Positions 11,325 through 21,472 of a DNA stretch of 29,353 nt are shown here, one piece after another (position 1 is the first letter of the stretch; every line of letters starts with the position of its first letter). The position numbers were made by a program, and so were the translations under genes. The notes beneath the pieces are model-generated. The model was not told the DNA's origin. It did not search any database and was given only the letters and a program-made list of their open reading frames with translations. The stretch comes from an uncultured Mycoplasmataceae bacterium (GTDB lineage Bacteria > Bacillota_I > Bacilli_A > Mycoplasmatales > Metamycoplasmataceae), in assembly GCA_964439655.1 (NCBI GenBank), contig CAYTOW010000001.1, positions 1 to 29,353 of the forward strand, in the 5' to 3' direction.

Positions 11325-11502
11325 TTTGACTCCTTTTAACTATGAAAGAATTATACAAAATAATTTAACAACATCAAATTAAAATACATTTCTATTTTTC
11401 TCTCACATTATTAGTATTAATGAAAAATATTGATATAGTTAGTAAAATTTTTCTCATTAATTTATTTGATAAGTATATTTATATTAAAGTTATAATTTGA
11501 AT

Positions 11503-12183
11503 ATGACTAGCTACATTATTGGAACTTCATTTGGATCATTAGCACTTTTGATAGCGCTTATTATCATTATTCGTATTTTTTTCAAAAGAAGAACTAAACA
11601 AAAGTTAATACTTGAAATTGGAGCTAGAGCAGAAGTAAAGGTTAATTCCGATATTAAAATATGAACTAAGCAAACTAAAAATATATTTATAGACTCATCG
11701 ATATACAAATACGATCACGATATGCTTTTCAAAGTAGACTCAATAATAATAACTTCAAAAGCAATGATAGTTGTTGAAGTAAAATCTTTAAATGGTTCTA
11801 TATCTGGAGATTGTAATGCCCATACATGGAAGAAAACTTTAAATAACAATACTTTTAGAATAATAAATGCTCAGAGCCAAAATCAAGAGCACATCGATCA
11901 CATCATTAAAATGTTAAATATCAAGGTTCCGATAATTTCTCTTATCGTTTTTTCTAATAGAACTTATGAATTAAATATTGATAATATACCTAGTCATGCA
12001 TTAATTATTCGCCATGTGGAGTTATTTGAGACATTAGACAAGATCGATAGTTCCCTTCCTTTTTCTATTCATGAAAAAGAGATGAAGTACATTAAGAATC
12101 AATTGCTAAGCAAACAAACTAAATCATGAGATGATATTAAGAAATATGAATCTTTAGCACAAATTGAAAAAGGAAGTAAATAA
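11503..12183 (+). CDS. NERD (nuclease-related domain) protein with N-terminal TM anchor, 226 aa
   Basis: MTSYIIGTSFGSLALLIALIIIIRIFFKRR anchor; GARAE..V, VDSIII, VVEVKSLNGSISG, NAQSQNQEH motifs; TAA 12181-12183. Confidence 0.8.
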
Positions 12184-13010
12184 TGAAAATAATTTTAGCT
12201 GGTTCTCCCGAAATTGCTGTAGAAACTTTTGAAAAAATAATTAAAAACTTTGATGTAGTGGCTATCATTACACAACCTGATAGACCAAAGGGTAGGGGTA
12301 ATGTTATTCAAGAAACACCAGTTGCTTCTCTAGGCAAAAAACACGGGATTAAGACCTTTAAACCTCAAAAGGTTATTGAGATAGAAAAGGAATTAAAAGA
12401 ATTAGACTTTGATTTACTTTTAACTTTTGCCTTTGGTCAATGAATTCCTGATTCAATCCTCTCTCTTGGAACTAGAACACCCTTAAACATCCATGGTTCA
12501 TTACTTCCTAACTATCGAGGAGCTGCTCCAATACAAAGAGCTATCTTAGATGGACAAGAGGAAATAGGAATTACACTTATAAGTATGGTTAAAGAAATGG
12601 ATGCAGGCGACATCTGAGCTAAAGCTTCAAAGAAAATTGCTAACGATGTCACATCTAAGAAGGCATTTGAAATTATTTCTAAACTTACTGAAGAGAATAT
12701 TATTAATTGATTAAATGAATTAGATTTAATGACTCCTAAATCTCAGGGAGATAATTTTACATTAGCCCCAAAAATAATTAAGGCTGAAGGAGAGCTTTTT
12801 GAAACATTAACTAAAGAAGAAGCATACCGAATAATTCTCGCTTATAATTCTAATCCAGGTGCTTTTAAAATCATTAATAATAAAAGATTAAAAGTATTTA
12901 ATGCTTTAGACGAGAAAGTAAAAAATTCAATTGAATTAAAATTTAAAAATGGTAGTTTATTTGCAATCGATTTCCAATGAGAAGGAAAGAAAAGAAAGAA
13001 GATTTCATAA
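12183..13010 (+). CDS. fmt: Methionyl-tRNA formyltransferase, 275 aa
   Basis: [38 protein letters not shown]; TAA 13008-13010. Confidence 0.95.
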
Positions 13011-13211
13011 TATTTTATCTCTCTAGTCTATATTTTTAGAAAATTTAACGACTAAATTCAAGAATTTAACCCTCAATTTACCTATAAAATTTAATAAATA
13101 GAATTTTTAATTGCGTATTCATTAATATATAATATTTCTATATTAGTTTAATTAGTTTTTTCAATATTTTAGTTATTCTATTATAAATTTCAAAATCTAA
13201 AGGAGGATATT

Positions 13212-14315
13212 ATGAGCCTAGAAACTGAAAAGAAAGAAATTTCAAAAACCAAAAGTAGCATTTCTACAAGAGTAGATGTTTTAAATAAACGAAATGAGAT
13301 TTATGAGTTTATTTCTAAGGCAAGACAAAGGTTAAGAAAATTCCTAGTTAAAAAAATAGATCATAGTAATTGAGACCTTAAATCTACTGTTGTTGAAGAG
13401 TTATATAAGATCTTTAGGAAAGAGTCAAAAAAGGTTTTAAAGAACTTAAATTTTTGTCAAGAAAAAATTACTATTAAAAGAGATGATTTTATAAAAGTCT
13501 CTAAGGATTTTATTAAAAACTTTAAAGCTAATAAAGAAGGTGACTTACAAATAAAATTAAATAACATTAAAATTGAACAAGAAAAAGAAGTAAATAAACT
13601 ACTTGATAAATTTGATGAATTAACTAATGAAAAAAACGAATTATTAAAGAAAAAAGATTTACATGGAAAGGCTGTTAAATCTAAATCTCATGACACTCAA
13701 AAGCAATTACAATCTGAAGAGAGTTTAAGTATAGACTATGCGACTCAACAAATTAAAGTTTTAATTAATGAGCATGATAAATTTGTTGAAGAGGATATTA
13801 TTCCAAAAGTTGAGCAATTAACTAAAGATGCTGAAAAAATTAGAAAAGAGATTAAAGATATTGAATCTAAAGCTTTAGAAGATACATATAAAATTTCTGA
13901 AGAAAATAAAAATACCTTAATTAGAGAATTTACTAAAATTGCAAATATGGAAAAAGAAGTTATTATAAAATGTTTAACCTTTAATGACTTTTTAGAAGAT
14001 ACTCGTTACTTTATCGAAGATCAAAATAAAAAATATGTTCTTTTATTAAAATCTAAGAAAATTATCAAAAACAATGCTGCAAATGATATGCGGAAAGATA
14101 TTAATGCATTATATTCTTCAATTGCAGATTCAGAAAAGGAATTTGATAAGGTTAACCTTTCATTTGCGAAAACAAGTAACCGTATTGATAATAAAAACCT
14201 TAGTAGTAAATTGCTTGATAATGTTCGAACTAATGCGATTACAGCCTCTGATAATTCTGCAAAATTATTAGAAGGTTCTTTAGGTGCCTTAGAAGCTAAG
14301 AATGGAGAGGAGTAG
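13212..14315 (+). CDS. Hypothetical cytoplasmic coiled-coil protein, 367 aa
   Basis: RBS AGGAGG at 13201; open frame 3 under code 4; K/E-rich heptad-like sequence; no TM or signal segment seen. Confidence 0.85.
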
Positions 14316-14317
14316 AT

Positions 14318-15673
14318 ATGGCAGATAATATTAAAACTAACACAACAACACCAAAACCAAGTGCAACTAATGCTTCTACTTTAAAACAAGGACAAACAAT
14401 CACAACAACATCAAAACCAAGTGCAACAACACAAAAACCAGCTGCAACAAGTGCAACAACATCAAGACCAACTACTTCAGCGTTAAGAAGTAATACAACT
14501 AACACAGCAACATCAAGACCAAACACATCGACATTAAGAAGTAATGCAGCAAATACAAGAACTCTTAAACCTAATCCATCTACATTGAGAAGCAATGCAG
14601 CAAACGCAAGAACATCGCAAGGCAATAAACCTAATACAGTTAATTCTGGAGCAGGAGCACCTAAACAAAATCCAATTGGAGCAAGAGCATTGCAAGGTAA
14701 TAAACCTAATACAGTTAGAAAAAATACTAAAATTATTTTAATTGATGATGTTGCTAGATCAAAACTAATTCAGTCTAATAATGCATTTATTGATTTAGTT
14801 ACTATTAACTCAAAGAACCAAAACTTTAATCTTTATACTAACGATATTGAAAGTGCTTCAGCAAAAGAACTGGAAGATTTATTAAGAACTAAACTAGATA
14901 ATTTCTTTAAAAAATATGTTGAGGCTGCTAGACAATCTAAAAATGCTATTGAGAAAAAATACACAGAACTAACTAAGGAACTTGAAAGCAATTACATTCA
15001 ATTCAAGAAGACAAAGGTTATGGAGTTTGAAAAGGAATCGGAAGCGAATAATCGAAGATTAGCTGAAATAAAACGTATAATTTCTCAATATAAAATTGAA
15101 ATTGAAGAACTAAATTCTAATTTATTAAAGAAAATAGAAAATAATGATTTAGGATTAGAGACAGATTCTAATGCATCTAAAAGCAGACGGAAAAGTAGAG
15201 GTCATTCTAGAGGTGTAAATCTTAATAGTAATACTGAAATGAAATTGAGAATATCCGAAATTGAAAAAGAAATTAATAAATTAAAAGTTGAAGAAATTAG
15301 GATTGTTGAGAAAATCAATACACATCAACTTAGATATATTACTATGGTTGATGATCTGTTCACTAAAAAACAAAACAAGATTACTAAACTTGATATAGAT
15401 AAAATTGAGACTTATATTTGAATAAGAGACAACTTAATTATTATTAACAGAATAATTAGAGATATTAAAGTTAATATTGCGCTTCATAAAATTGATACTA
15501 AACGTACTGAATTTTATGAATCACTCGAATCAGTCGTAAATGCTGTTGATAAAATTAAAGAAGAGTTTGATTTATTTGATTCAATTGAAAATATTAAAAG
15601 CTTGATTGAAGCATCCGAATCAATTAATACGAATGCAAGAATCATTAATTTAAAACCTGGAGATGCTTTATAA
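14318..15673 (+). CDS. Hypothetical protein with T/S/N-rich repeat N-terminus and coiled-coil C-terminus, 451 aa
   Basis: RBS GAGGAG; track ORF extends through TGA 15419-15421 to TAA 15671-15673. Confidence 0.85.
14459..14716 (+). repeat. Intragenic degenerate repeats: 3 x 51 nt (17 aa) and 2 x QGNKPNTV
   Basis: TSRPTTSALRSNTTNTA / TSRPNTSTLRSNAANTR / TLKPNPSTLRSNAANAR starting at 14459, 14510 and 14561; CAAGGYAATAAACCTAATACAGTT at 14618 and 14693. Confidence 0.85.
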
Positions 15674-15693
15674 TGTTTTAATAAGGAATCATA

Positions 15694-16023
15694 ATGAATA
15701 TTAATGAAGCATATAAAATCTTAGGAGTTAGTGTTAAAACTCCAAAAGCAGAAATTAAAAAAAAATATTTAAAACTAGCTAAAAAATATCACCCAGATAC
15801 AGCTAAACCGGAATTTTTATTAAAAAGCGATATAAATATTTTTATGGTTAATGAAGCATATTCATGCATTACTAATTCATCAAATAAATATAATACAAAT
15901 ATTCGTGATATTAATAAATATTCAAACAATACTGCTATTTATAATATTTTTGAATTAATAAGTAATAGTTCAGATTTAGAGTTCGATATTTTTGATGAAG
16001 ATAAAAAAAAGAGAAAAAAATAA
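15694..16023 (+). CDS. Small J-domain (class C/type III) co-chaperone, 109 aa
   Basis: AYKILGV...EIKKKYLKLAKKYHPD...INEAY J-domain pattern with intact HPD; no G/F, zinc-finger or C-terminal DnaJ domains. Confidence 0.88.
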   Translation: MNINEAYKILGVSVKTPKAEIKKKYLKLAKKYHPDTAKPEFLLKSDINIFMVNEAYSCITNSSNKYNTNIRDINKYSNNTAIYNIFELISNSSDLEFDIFDEDKKKRKK

Positions 16024-16131
16024 TAAAATAATATTATTAAAAGTAAAAAAGTAAAATAGGTATCTTTATAAAATAAATTATGTACTTATTTTAGATGAAT
16101 GAAAATTCATTTGCAAAACCTAGGAGAAAAG

Positions 16132-18408
16132 ATGAGGATAAGAAGTTCGAAAAAAAACGAAGAAAATGCAATAGATATACGAGTAAAAGATTCTACACTT
16201 AAATGGTGAAAACAAACTATTGAAGTATCAGATCTTTTTATAGCGAATAATCTATATAGATGACACATTGAAGAGATTGTATCTCAGGATATTTCTGATT
16301 ATCCTGGTGTTGATAATAGACTTGTTGTTTCTTATTTTGATACTGATGCAGATAAGTTTAAAACTGCAACAGTTACATTTCAATGAGAAAATTCTAAAAT
16401 GGATTCTATTACAGCTTTTACTTCCGCACATAACTTTGAAATAAATAAAGAAATATTTAAATCTCTAAATTTTGCAAACATTAAAAATACTGATGTAACT
16501 TCTAATCATCCAAACGTTCATGTTAAGTCTGTTTCAATAAAAGATTGAAAATTATTTAATAGAACTGTTCTGATTTCTATAATAAGTGTAATTGGTAAAT
16601 CTCTTAAAGATCCAAATGGTTTTGAAACTGAAACTTTTAAAACTATCACTATTGGTTTAGATCAACATGAATTAATAGCTGCTACACTTGAATTAAAAAA
16701 GGAAGAGTCCTTTTTATATTTAAATGATGACCTAGAATTTTATGTTAAACAATTTACTCCTGTCTTAAACGAATATAAGAAGTTTTTTAGGGAAAGTGAA
16801 ATTCAGAAGCTTTTCAAAATAATTAATTCTGTTGAAGTTATTAACCCAAAAATTATGAGTGAAGAAATTGATATCTTCAATAAGAAAGCTACTGCAGGCT
16901 TTAAAGCAAGTATTCTTATTGGTAATGTTGTTAAAAATAATTTTGTTTTTGAATCATACTATGATGCAACCAATTTTAAAAACATCATTATTAAATACAT
17001 TAATGAATTTCCACTTATAGATAAAATTAAAGGTTTTCCAAGAAACGATATTAAGATTAATGATATTTTTAGTCAATGGGATGAAATTAACTTAAACTTA
17101 TGATCAAGTAGAAAAGAAATTAAAGAAATATTTATTAATAATGTAAAAGTTAGAGTTAAGAATATTGATATAAATGCAAATACGATTAATCTTGATGTTG
17201 TCTTTAAAAATGGTGAAGTGATTTTCCAAAATCTTACTTTTACTTTTGAAAAAAGTATCGATGATTATTTAGACGATTCTATAAATCAACATTTAGTTAA
17301 ATTAGTTAATGAAGAAGATTTATTAAAATATCCTAGATATGATTTAGAAATTAGTGATTTTCAAACTGTAGATGATTCTAAATTTAAAATTTTAAATGTT
17401 AAAGTAGAAGGTTATGAAAACAATAAAAATGATTATGTAAATTATAAATTCAATTTTCTATATGATGGCTCTACCGAATTTACTAAAGTATGTAGGATTC
17501 AATTTGCTGAATCTAAGATTTCATATTATTTTAATAAATTAAGTAAAAACTTTATTGATGTTACATTTTTAGAAAAAGTTAATGTTCAATATTATGAACA
17601 CCTAATTAAAAATGCAACCTTTAATGCAAAATGAATATCAATAGATAGTTCTGATTTAGATAAGATTATTTTAACAAAAACTTTTAACGATGAATTTGAA
17701 GTTAAATCTGTTCAGTTTAAAAGAGTTCAATTATCTACTGCAAAAGAAGTTCCTTTTAAAATAACTGCATATTGTGAACATCTAGATAGAGAAATGTTAT
17801 TTAATTTTTCAATTGAAATTAACAATAAAGAAGAATTGAGAAGGTTTAATGAACTAAGTAGTGATGATATTACTTTCGTTAATCCAGCAATAATACATTC
17901 ATATCCTATTCCAATTTTAGATGTCATCGACTTTAAGGTAGATCTTCCATTCAGTATTACTGATGTCTTTGTAAAATATAATGAAAAAATATCTCTTGTA
18001 AAATGTGAATTTGAAATTTCGTATAATGGACTTAAAAAATACCTTAAAAAAGAAATATATTTTGCTAACAATCATCTTAAGAAAGAAGGAAACGAGTTTA
18101 AAAAAGATTTATCAGAATTTAAACGACTTGCCGATAAAGATATTGATATTAAGTATGATCCTGATGCACATGATTATCATGTTCAACAAAAGGTTAATAT
18201 TATCATCCCTAATCATGACTCCTACTTTGTAAATCTTGAAGATTGAAAATTATTACATAAGAAAAATAAAGTTAAATTATACATTGCAGTAATTTTTGGT
18301 GATAAAAAGAGAGAATTCACTAAAATTATTAAGTATAATAATAAATTATCTAGAGATGATATTTTAGAGTGAAAGGAGGCAAATTATGAACCACGTAAAG
18401 GACTATAA
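16132..18408 (+). CDS. Hypothetical beta-strand-rich cytoplasmic protein, 758 aa (alternative start 16099)
   Basis: AGGAG 5 nt before ATG 16132; track ORFs 16855, 17218 and 17794 join in frame 1 through TGA; TAA 18406-18408 overlaps the next gene by 23 nt. Confidence 0.8.
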
Positions 18409-19792
18409 ACAAGATATACATTTTGAAAATAGACTACCCAATAGAGTAAATTCTACTTTAAGTATTAAGAATAGAATTAAGCAAGCTGCTGTTTCATTTG
18501 GAATCTTTATTACTGTTTTGCTTTTTGGCGCATTAATTGGAATCAAATATAACTCCAAACTTCAAGACACTGGTATATCAACTCTTGAAGTTACAATTAT
18601 ATCTTGAAGTTTATTACTCTATGGATTACTAAATACTTTCCTATATTTTAGAACTCCAATAAAGTTTGAAATAACTTGATTACGATTCACGATCCATGTA
18701 TTATCATCAATAATTTTTTCCGCAACAATAATATTGCTTAAACTTAATATTTTTGGTGATATCTTTAATTCAAAATCTAATCCCGAAACTGCTGCTACTG
18801 CTATTAAACTTTATGCTATTATTAACTCATCATTTTCAGCTGTTATATTAATTTACTTGTTAGTAATTGCTATTTTACAAAGAAGACAATATGCTTTACA
18901 ACTTAAAACAACTATTTTAGGAGGGGTATCATTAGCTATTCTGATTGCTGCTCCATTTATGATTCAAAAGTTTTCTAGTAGCTTTAAAATTATCAATGAA
19001 TATATATTTATGACCTCAATATTAATATCGATAGGAGCATTCATATTAGTAATGTCATTATTTGGGATAGTTAAATCATTTGAATCAGCAAAACTAAAAA
19101 ATGTAAATAAATTCCTTGGTACCTCTGTCACAATTACTGGTATTGCTTCAATCCTTGGAGTTGCTATATATAGTATTGCTAATGTAGGAATTGAATTAAA
19201 ACTTCTAACTGCAACCTCATTAATTTTGTCTCTATCCTCATTTGCAATAGTTAATCTATATTTAGTAATTTTTAAGAAATTTAAAAATTCAAATATAAGT
19301 AAATTTAAAAGTTCTGCTATAAAACAAAACTCATTAGAGAATAAATTAATTATTAAAGGATACATAATATTTAATCTTATATTCGCAATAGTATTAATAT
19401 TCTTAGTTAGTAAAACTGAAATTCATAAAACCTATGAGTATTCAGTAATGATTGCCACCTTTCCAATAATACTTATCGGAGTAACACTTCTAATTCTTCA
19501 ATTAAATAATATAATTGTATTTGTTAGATGAGAAATAATTTCGATAGTAGCCAATTTCTTATTAGCATTTCTATTTATATTAATGCAAGGTCTAATGTTT
19601 ACTATTCCCGATAAAGAAATAACACAAAATTGATTAGGTAGAGGAATTTGATTCTTAATTCTTAGTGTATATTTAGTTACAGAATTAGTTACATTATCAA
19701 TTGAAACGGCATCGTTATTTATAGGAAATAGTTCAAAAGGAAGTTTTAAAGATAAGATTAAAAATACAGTAAAAAATAAAGGAAAAAGATAG
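18386..19792 (+). CDS. F1-like ATPase cluster protein 1 (MSC_0624/MMOB1610-like) polytopic membrane protein, 468 aa
   Basis: RBS AAGGAGG; about 12 hydrophobic segments counted by eye; first position of the seven-gene cluster; TAG 19790-19792. Confidence 0.7.
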
Positions 19793-19801
19793 GAGAAAAT
19801 T

Positions 19802-21364
19802 ATGAAATTAAAAAAAGAGAAGAAAGCAAAAAAAGCAAAAAATAACTTTAGTGAAGAAAATACATTATTAGATGAAAATTCTTTCCAAGAAGAAGAGAAA
19901 ATGGAAACAGAAAATAAGGATAATAAAAAACCTAAAAAATCTAAAAAACCTAAGAAGTCTAAAAAACCTAAAAAAAAGAAGAATAAAAAGAATTTAAAAT
20001 CTACTAAAGATTCAATAATTGAAGCAGAAGAAAATTTAGAAGATAATGAAAATGAAGAAAACAACTCTAAAAAAGGTAAAAAGTCTAAAAAAGGTAAGAA
20101 GTCTAAAAAAGGTAAAAACCTTAAAAAAATAATATTAAAAGATAAAAATCCACAAAGAAAAGATGATCAAGGCAATTTACTTGTAAACTCTCAATTAGAT
20201 TTTGACATCGATGATTTATCAGTTTTTGCTGAAGAAGCTAGAAAGTTACAAACTAAAAAACGTGATGTTTTTATAAGAAATCACAATAATATTTTCAATA
20301 CTTTTATTTCTAGAAGAGAATATGTTGATTATAAATATATTTCACTTCAAATTTATTTAATTCAAAATAGTGGAAGTAAATATGAGTTTATAGGAATCGA
20401 AAAAACTGTAATAAGTATTATTGAATTTATTGAAAGAAATCTACGGAATGGTGTATCGATTGCCTTTGGTAGAGAATTTATAATTCAACTTAAAAATAAT
20501 CAGCAGTTAGAAACTCAAGGCATTATTGAATTAGATCAAAATTCTCAAATTAATAGAGAGAATACTTACACTATTAAAGATGTTAAGATTAATCTTTCTG
20601 GAATTAGAGAGTATGCACTGTATGAGTTTGTTATTTCTAATTTTGAACAAGTGGTTATTGATTTATTAAGTTATGGATATAAAGTTTTATTAGGTAACTT
20701 CATGCTTACATATATTGAAGATAGTTACTTTGTATTTGCTTCTGAAAAAATATACAGAATTCAAGAAGAACAAAGACACGATATTACAATGACATTTGAT
20801 ATTGCTATTGAGAATGCTAAAGAAGTTGAGGATTTTGCAAATGATTCTATAATTAATCAAGAGTTAAAAGAAATGGAAGATTCTTCAAATAACGAACAAT
20901 ATAAAACTCAAATTATTAATAAGGATGATCTTGAAGATAATAAGTTCAAGAGAAATAGTATATTCACTGTACCCGATGTTGATGAAATTAGACCAACTAA
21001 TAATGAACCAAAATCCGAGTTAAATGAAAAACAACCAGTTAAAGATAATAATAAATTAAGCAAAAAAGAACTTAAGGCTAAAAAAGCAGAGGAAAAAGCT
21101 AAAAAAGCAGCAGAAAAAGAAATGGCTAAGAAAGCTAAAAAAGATAAAAAATCAAAAGAAATCAATAATAAGAATTCAGTTAATAAAAAAGAGGAAGCAA
21201 AAGCTAAAAAAGCAGAAGCAAAAGCTAAAAAAGCAGAGGCTATTGCTGCAGCTAAAGCAAAAGAGGAAGAAGCAATTGCAGAAGCTCTTGCTAAAAAAGC
21301 TGAGGCAAAGGCTAAAAAAGCGGAAGCAAAAGCTAATAAAAAAGCAAAATTAAAGGGGAAATAA
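19802..21364 (+). CDS. F1-like ATPase cluster protein 2 (DUF2714/MSC_0623/MMOB1620-like core) with long Lys-rich N- and Lys/Ala-rich C-terminal tails, 520 aa
   Basis: Gene position 2; globular core at ~20280-20780 (REYVDYKYISLQIYL...IAFGREFII...FEQVVIDLLSYGYKVLLGNFML) recalls DUF2714; flanks are low complexity. Confidence 0.55.
   Translation: MKLKKEKKAKKAKNNFSEENTLLDENSFQEEEKMETENKDNKKPKKSKKPKKSKKPKKKKNKKNLKSTKDSIIEAEENLEDNENEENNSKKGKKSKKGKKSKKGKNLKKIILKDKNPQRKDDQGNLLVNSQLDFDIDDLSVFAEEARKLQTKKRDVFIRNHNNIFNTFISRREYVDYKYISLQIYLIQNSGSKYEFIGIEKTVISIIEFIERNLRNGVSIAFGREFIIQLKNNQQLETQGIIELDQNSQINRENTYTIKDVKINLSGIREYALYEFVISNFEQVVIDLLSYGYKVLLGNFMLTYIEDSYFVFASEKIYRIQEEQRHDITMTFDIAIENAKEVEDFANDSIINQELKEMEDSSNNEQYKTQIINKDDLEDNKFKRNSIFTVPDVDEIRPTNNEPKSELNEKQPVKDNNKLSKKELKAKKAEEKAKKAAEKEMAKKAKKDKKSKEINNKNSVNKKEEAKAKKAEAKAKKAEAIAAAKAKEEEAIAEALAKKAEAKAKKAEAKANKKAKLKGK
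19925..20119 (+). repeat. Two 3 x 18-nt intragenic tandem repeats (KKPKKS and SKKGKK)
   Basis: AAAAAACCTAARAARTCT units at 19925-19978; TCTAAAAAAGGTAARAAS units at 20066-20119. Confidence 0.85.
21197..21340 (+). repeat. AKAKKAE heptapeptide (21-nt) repeats
   Basis: GCAAAAGCTAAAAAAGCAGAR at 21197 and 21218; similar units again around 21284-21335. Confidence 0.8.
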
Positions 21365-21410
21365 ACTCTAAAAAATCAAAATATAAACTTTAATTAAATT
21401 AAAAATAATT

Positions 21411-21470
21411 TTGCCAATAGAAAATTAACTATATAATTATATATATTATTAAAATTATAAGAGAGGAGGA
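21411..21470 (+). promoter_or_regulatory. Possible internal promoter and strong RBS before the gamma-like gene
   Basis: 108-nt AT-rich gap with TTGCCA (21411), TATAAT (21432-21437) and GAGGAGG; the 15-nt spacer is suboptimal. Confidence 0.3.
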
Positions 21471-21472
21471 AA

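Noticed and set aside
896-11708. Other short antisense or alternate-frame ORFs (896-1090, 1128-1325, 4849-5082, 6237-6440, 6849-7172, 8619-8816, 9452-9634, 11149-11382, 11511-11708)
   Set aside because: They overlap well-supported genes, lack an RBS or motifs, and look like shadow ORFs.
14296-14625. Minus-strand 109-aa Val/Leu/Ala-rich ORF
   Set aside because: Antisense shadow of the T/S/N repeat region (ACA/GCA codons read as hydrophobic codons).
15694-16023. Canonical dnaJ
   Set aside because: Only the J-domain is present; no G/F region, CxxCxGxG repeats or C-terminal domain.
16053-16092. Inverted repeat AAAATAGGTA...TACTTATTTT after the J-domain gene as a terminator
   Set aside because: AT-rich stem with a ~20-nt loop; too weak to call, although it could matter for the operon question.
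13212-18408. MIB-MIP genes upstream of the F1-like cluster (Type 3 context)
   Set aside because: None of these proteins has a signal peptide, lipobox or a recognisable DUF31 serine-protease motif.
19498-21165. Minus-strand Phe/Leu/Ser-rich ORFs (19498-20064, 20908-21165)
   Set aside because: Antisense shadows of poly-Lys/Glu coding sequence.
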